Below are positions 33,280-34,006 of a stretch of DNA of 34,006 bases, in pieces (position 1 is the stretch's first letter; every line of letters starts with the position of its first letter). Made by a program: the position numbers and the translations under genes. The stretch is from a virus (lineage: Duplodnaviria > Caudoviricetes), in the IMG/VR virus record IMGVR_UViG_3300017903_001352, positions 1 through 34,006 of that record, one strand, 5' to 3'. The notes beneath the pieces were generated by a model. It saw only the letters and a list, made by a program, of their open reading frames with translations. It was not told the DNA's origin and did no database searches.

Positions 33280-33483
33280 ATGACACACATACAAACAACT
33301 CACAAGACAATAAACAAACAAGTAATTAAAAGCCTTGCACAAATGTGCCCAAGCGCCGTAAGACGTAGCAAAGTAAAAAGCGATCTATACAACAAAATAG
33401 TTTACGTATACGACGCAGAAGGCAATAGCTTAGGTTGGGCGGTAAAGGCTCCACAACAAGAAGTAAAAATAACCATTAAATAA
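33280..33483 (+). CDS. Hypothetical early protein
   Basis: 67-aa ORF after the promoter and leader motif. Confidence 0.65.
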   Translation: MTHIQTTHKTINKQVIKSLAQMCPSAVRRSKVKSDLYNKIVYVYDAEGNSLGWAVKAPQQEVKITIK

Positions 33484-33487
33484 TAAC

Positions 33488-33504
33488 GGGGCTTCGGCCC
33501 CCTT
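33488..33504 (+). terminator. UUCG hairpin (weak terminator / processing site)
   Basis: GGGGC-TTCG-GCCCC; poor U-tract. Confidence 0.6.
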
Positions 33505-33521
33505 ACTTAAACGATAACAAA

Positions 33522-33785
33522 ATGACAAAACGTAAAAGATACACAAGCGCAAATTTCTACCCGGTAGGCGATGTAGATTTATGCAATGTTGAATACGATT
33601 TAATAGCAGATCTACAAATAATGAGCAGAGAAAGCTTTTGGAAAAACGAACTACATAACGAGGACCATCCGGACTTTCTTAGAAAATATAGCACAGAGGT
33701 ACCCGAGTATATGATACTGTATATAGTCGAAAGACTAGAAGAGTATTGGAAAATACTTTATCCCGAGCGGTACGAAGAACAATAA
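33522..33785 (+). CDS. Hypothetical early protein
   Basis: 87 aa, preceded by AAACGATAACAAA. Confidence 0.7.
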   Translation: MTKRKRYTSANFYPVGDVDLCNVEYDLIADLQIMSRESFWKNELHNEDHPDFLRKYSTEVPEYMILYIVERLEEYWKILYPERYEEQ

Positions 33786-33795
33786 ACAACAACCC

Positions 33796-33816
33796 GGGGG
33801 CTTCGGCCCCCCTTTT
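33796..33816 (+). terminator. UUCG hairpin terminator
   Basis: GGGGGC-TTCG-GCCCCC-C-TTTT; near copy of 33488. Confidence 0.7.
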
Positions 33817-33830
33817 AAAACAAAAATACT

Positions 33831-34006
33831 ATGAACGGAATATTAAGAACAATAAACTGCGAAGATTACAAAAAAGAACCAATAACATATTACGAGATGG
33901 ATATTAAGTTCCAAGCTCCTTATAATAACTATACTTACTTTAGCCTAGAGGGTGAAAGTAAACAAGGCTTTATAGATCGAATTACATACGAGATAAAAAA
34001 AATGTA
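33831..34006 (+). CDS. Hypothetical early protein (58 aa); stop completed across the window ends
   Basis: MNGILRTINCEDYKKEP...YEIKKM then TA at the window end; base 1 (A) completes TAA. Confidence 0.7.
   Translation, partial: MNGILRTINCEDYKKEPITYYEMDIKFQAPYNNYTYFSLEGESKQGFIDRITYEIKKM

Noticed and set aside
1-34006. Stop-codon reassignment
   Set aside because: Standard-code ORFs tile the genome densely, and TAA, TAG and TGA all serve as stops.

Overview
The window looks like a complete, circularly permuted 34,006-bp siphovirus genome: joining the last base to the first completes a TAA stop for the final ORF. Almost all genes are on the + strand. Gene order is: two small regulators (XRE-HTH, DnaA domain IV-like HTH); HK97-type portal; lysis cassette; gpF-like head protein; two glycosyltransferases; multidomain prohead protease; major capsid; neck and tail genes with a clear G/GT -1 frameshift; tape measure; three large tail-tip/fibre/spike proteins; metallophosphoesterase; a recombination/replication block (ERF, NinB, NinG, SSB, initiator with internal iterons); terminase; and an island of small early genes between terL and portal. 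I recognised no integrase, DNA polymerase, helicase, tRNA or CRISPR array. A-rich, SD-poor start regions and TTTG...TAnnTT promoters suggest an FCB-group (Bacteroidota/Balneolota-like) host, which is inference. The most striking unexplained signal is a dispersed set of short hairpin-associated non-coding segments (about 548-627, 2991-3040, 7958-8023, and a minus-strand unit at 26403-26475). Each is 14-18 nt complementary to a distant site in the early or replication transcripts. One target is a kissing-loop/terminator leader in front of the replication initiator. This is a candidate multi-guide antisense-RNA circuit for switching off early genes and replication. There is also a strong genome-wide depletion of CCWG (except within CCWGG) and CATG. 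All protein calls come from motif recognition and synteny by eye; no database searches were run.
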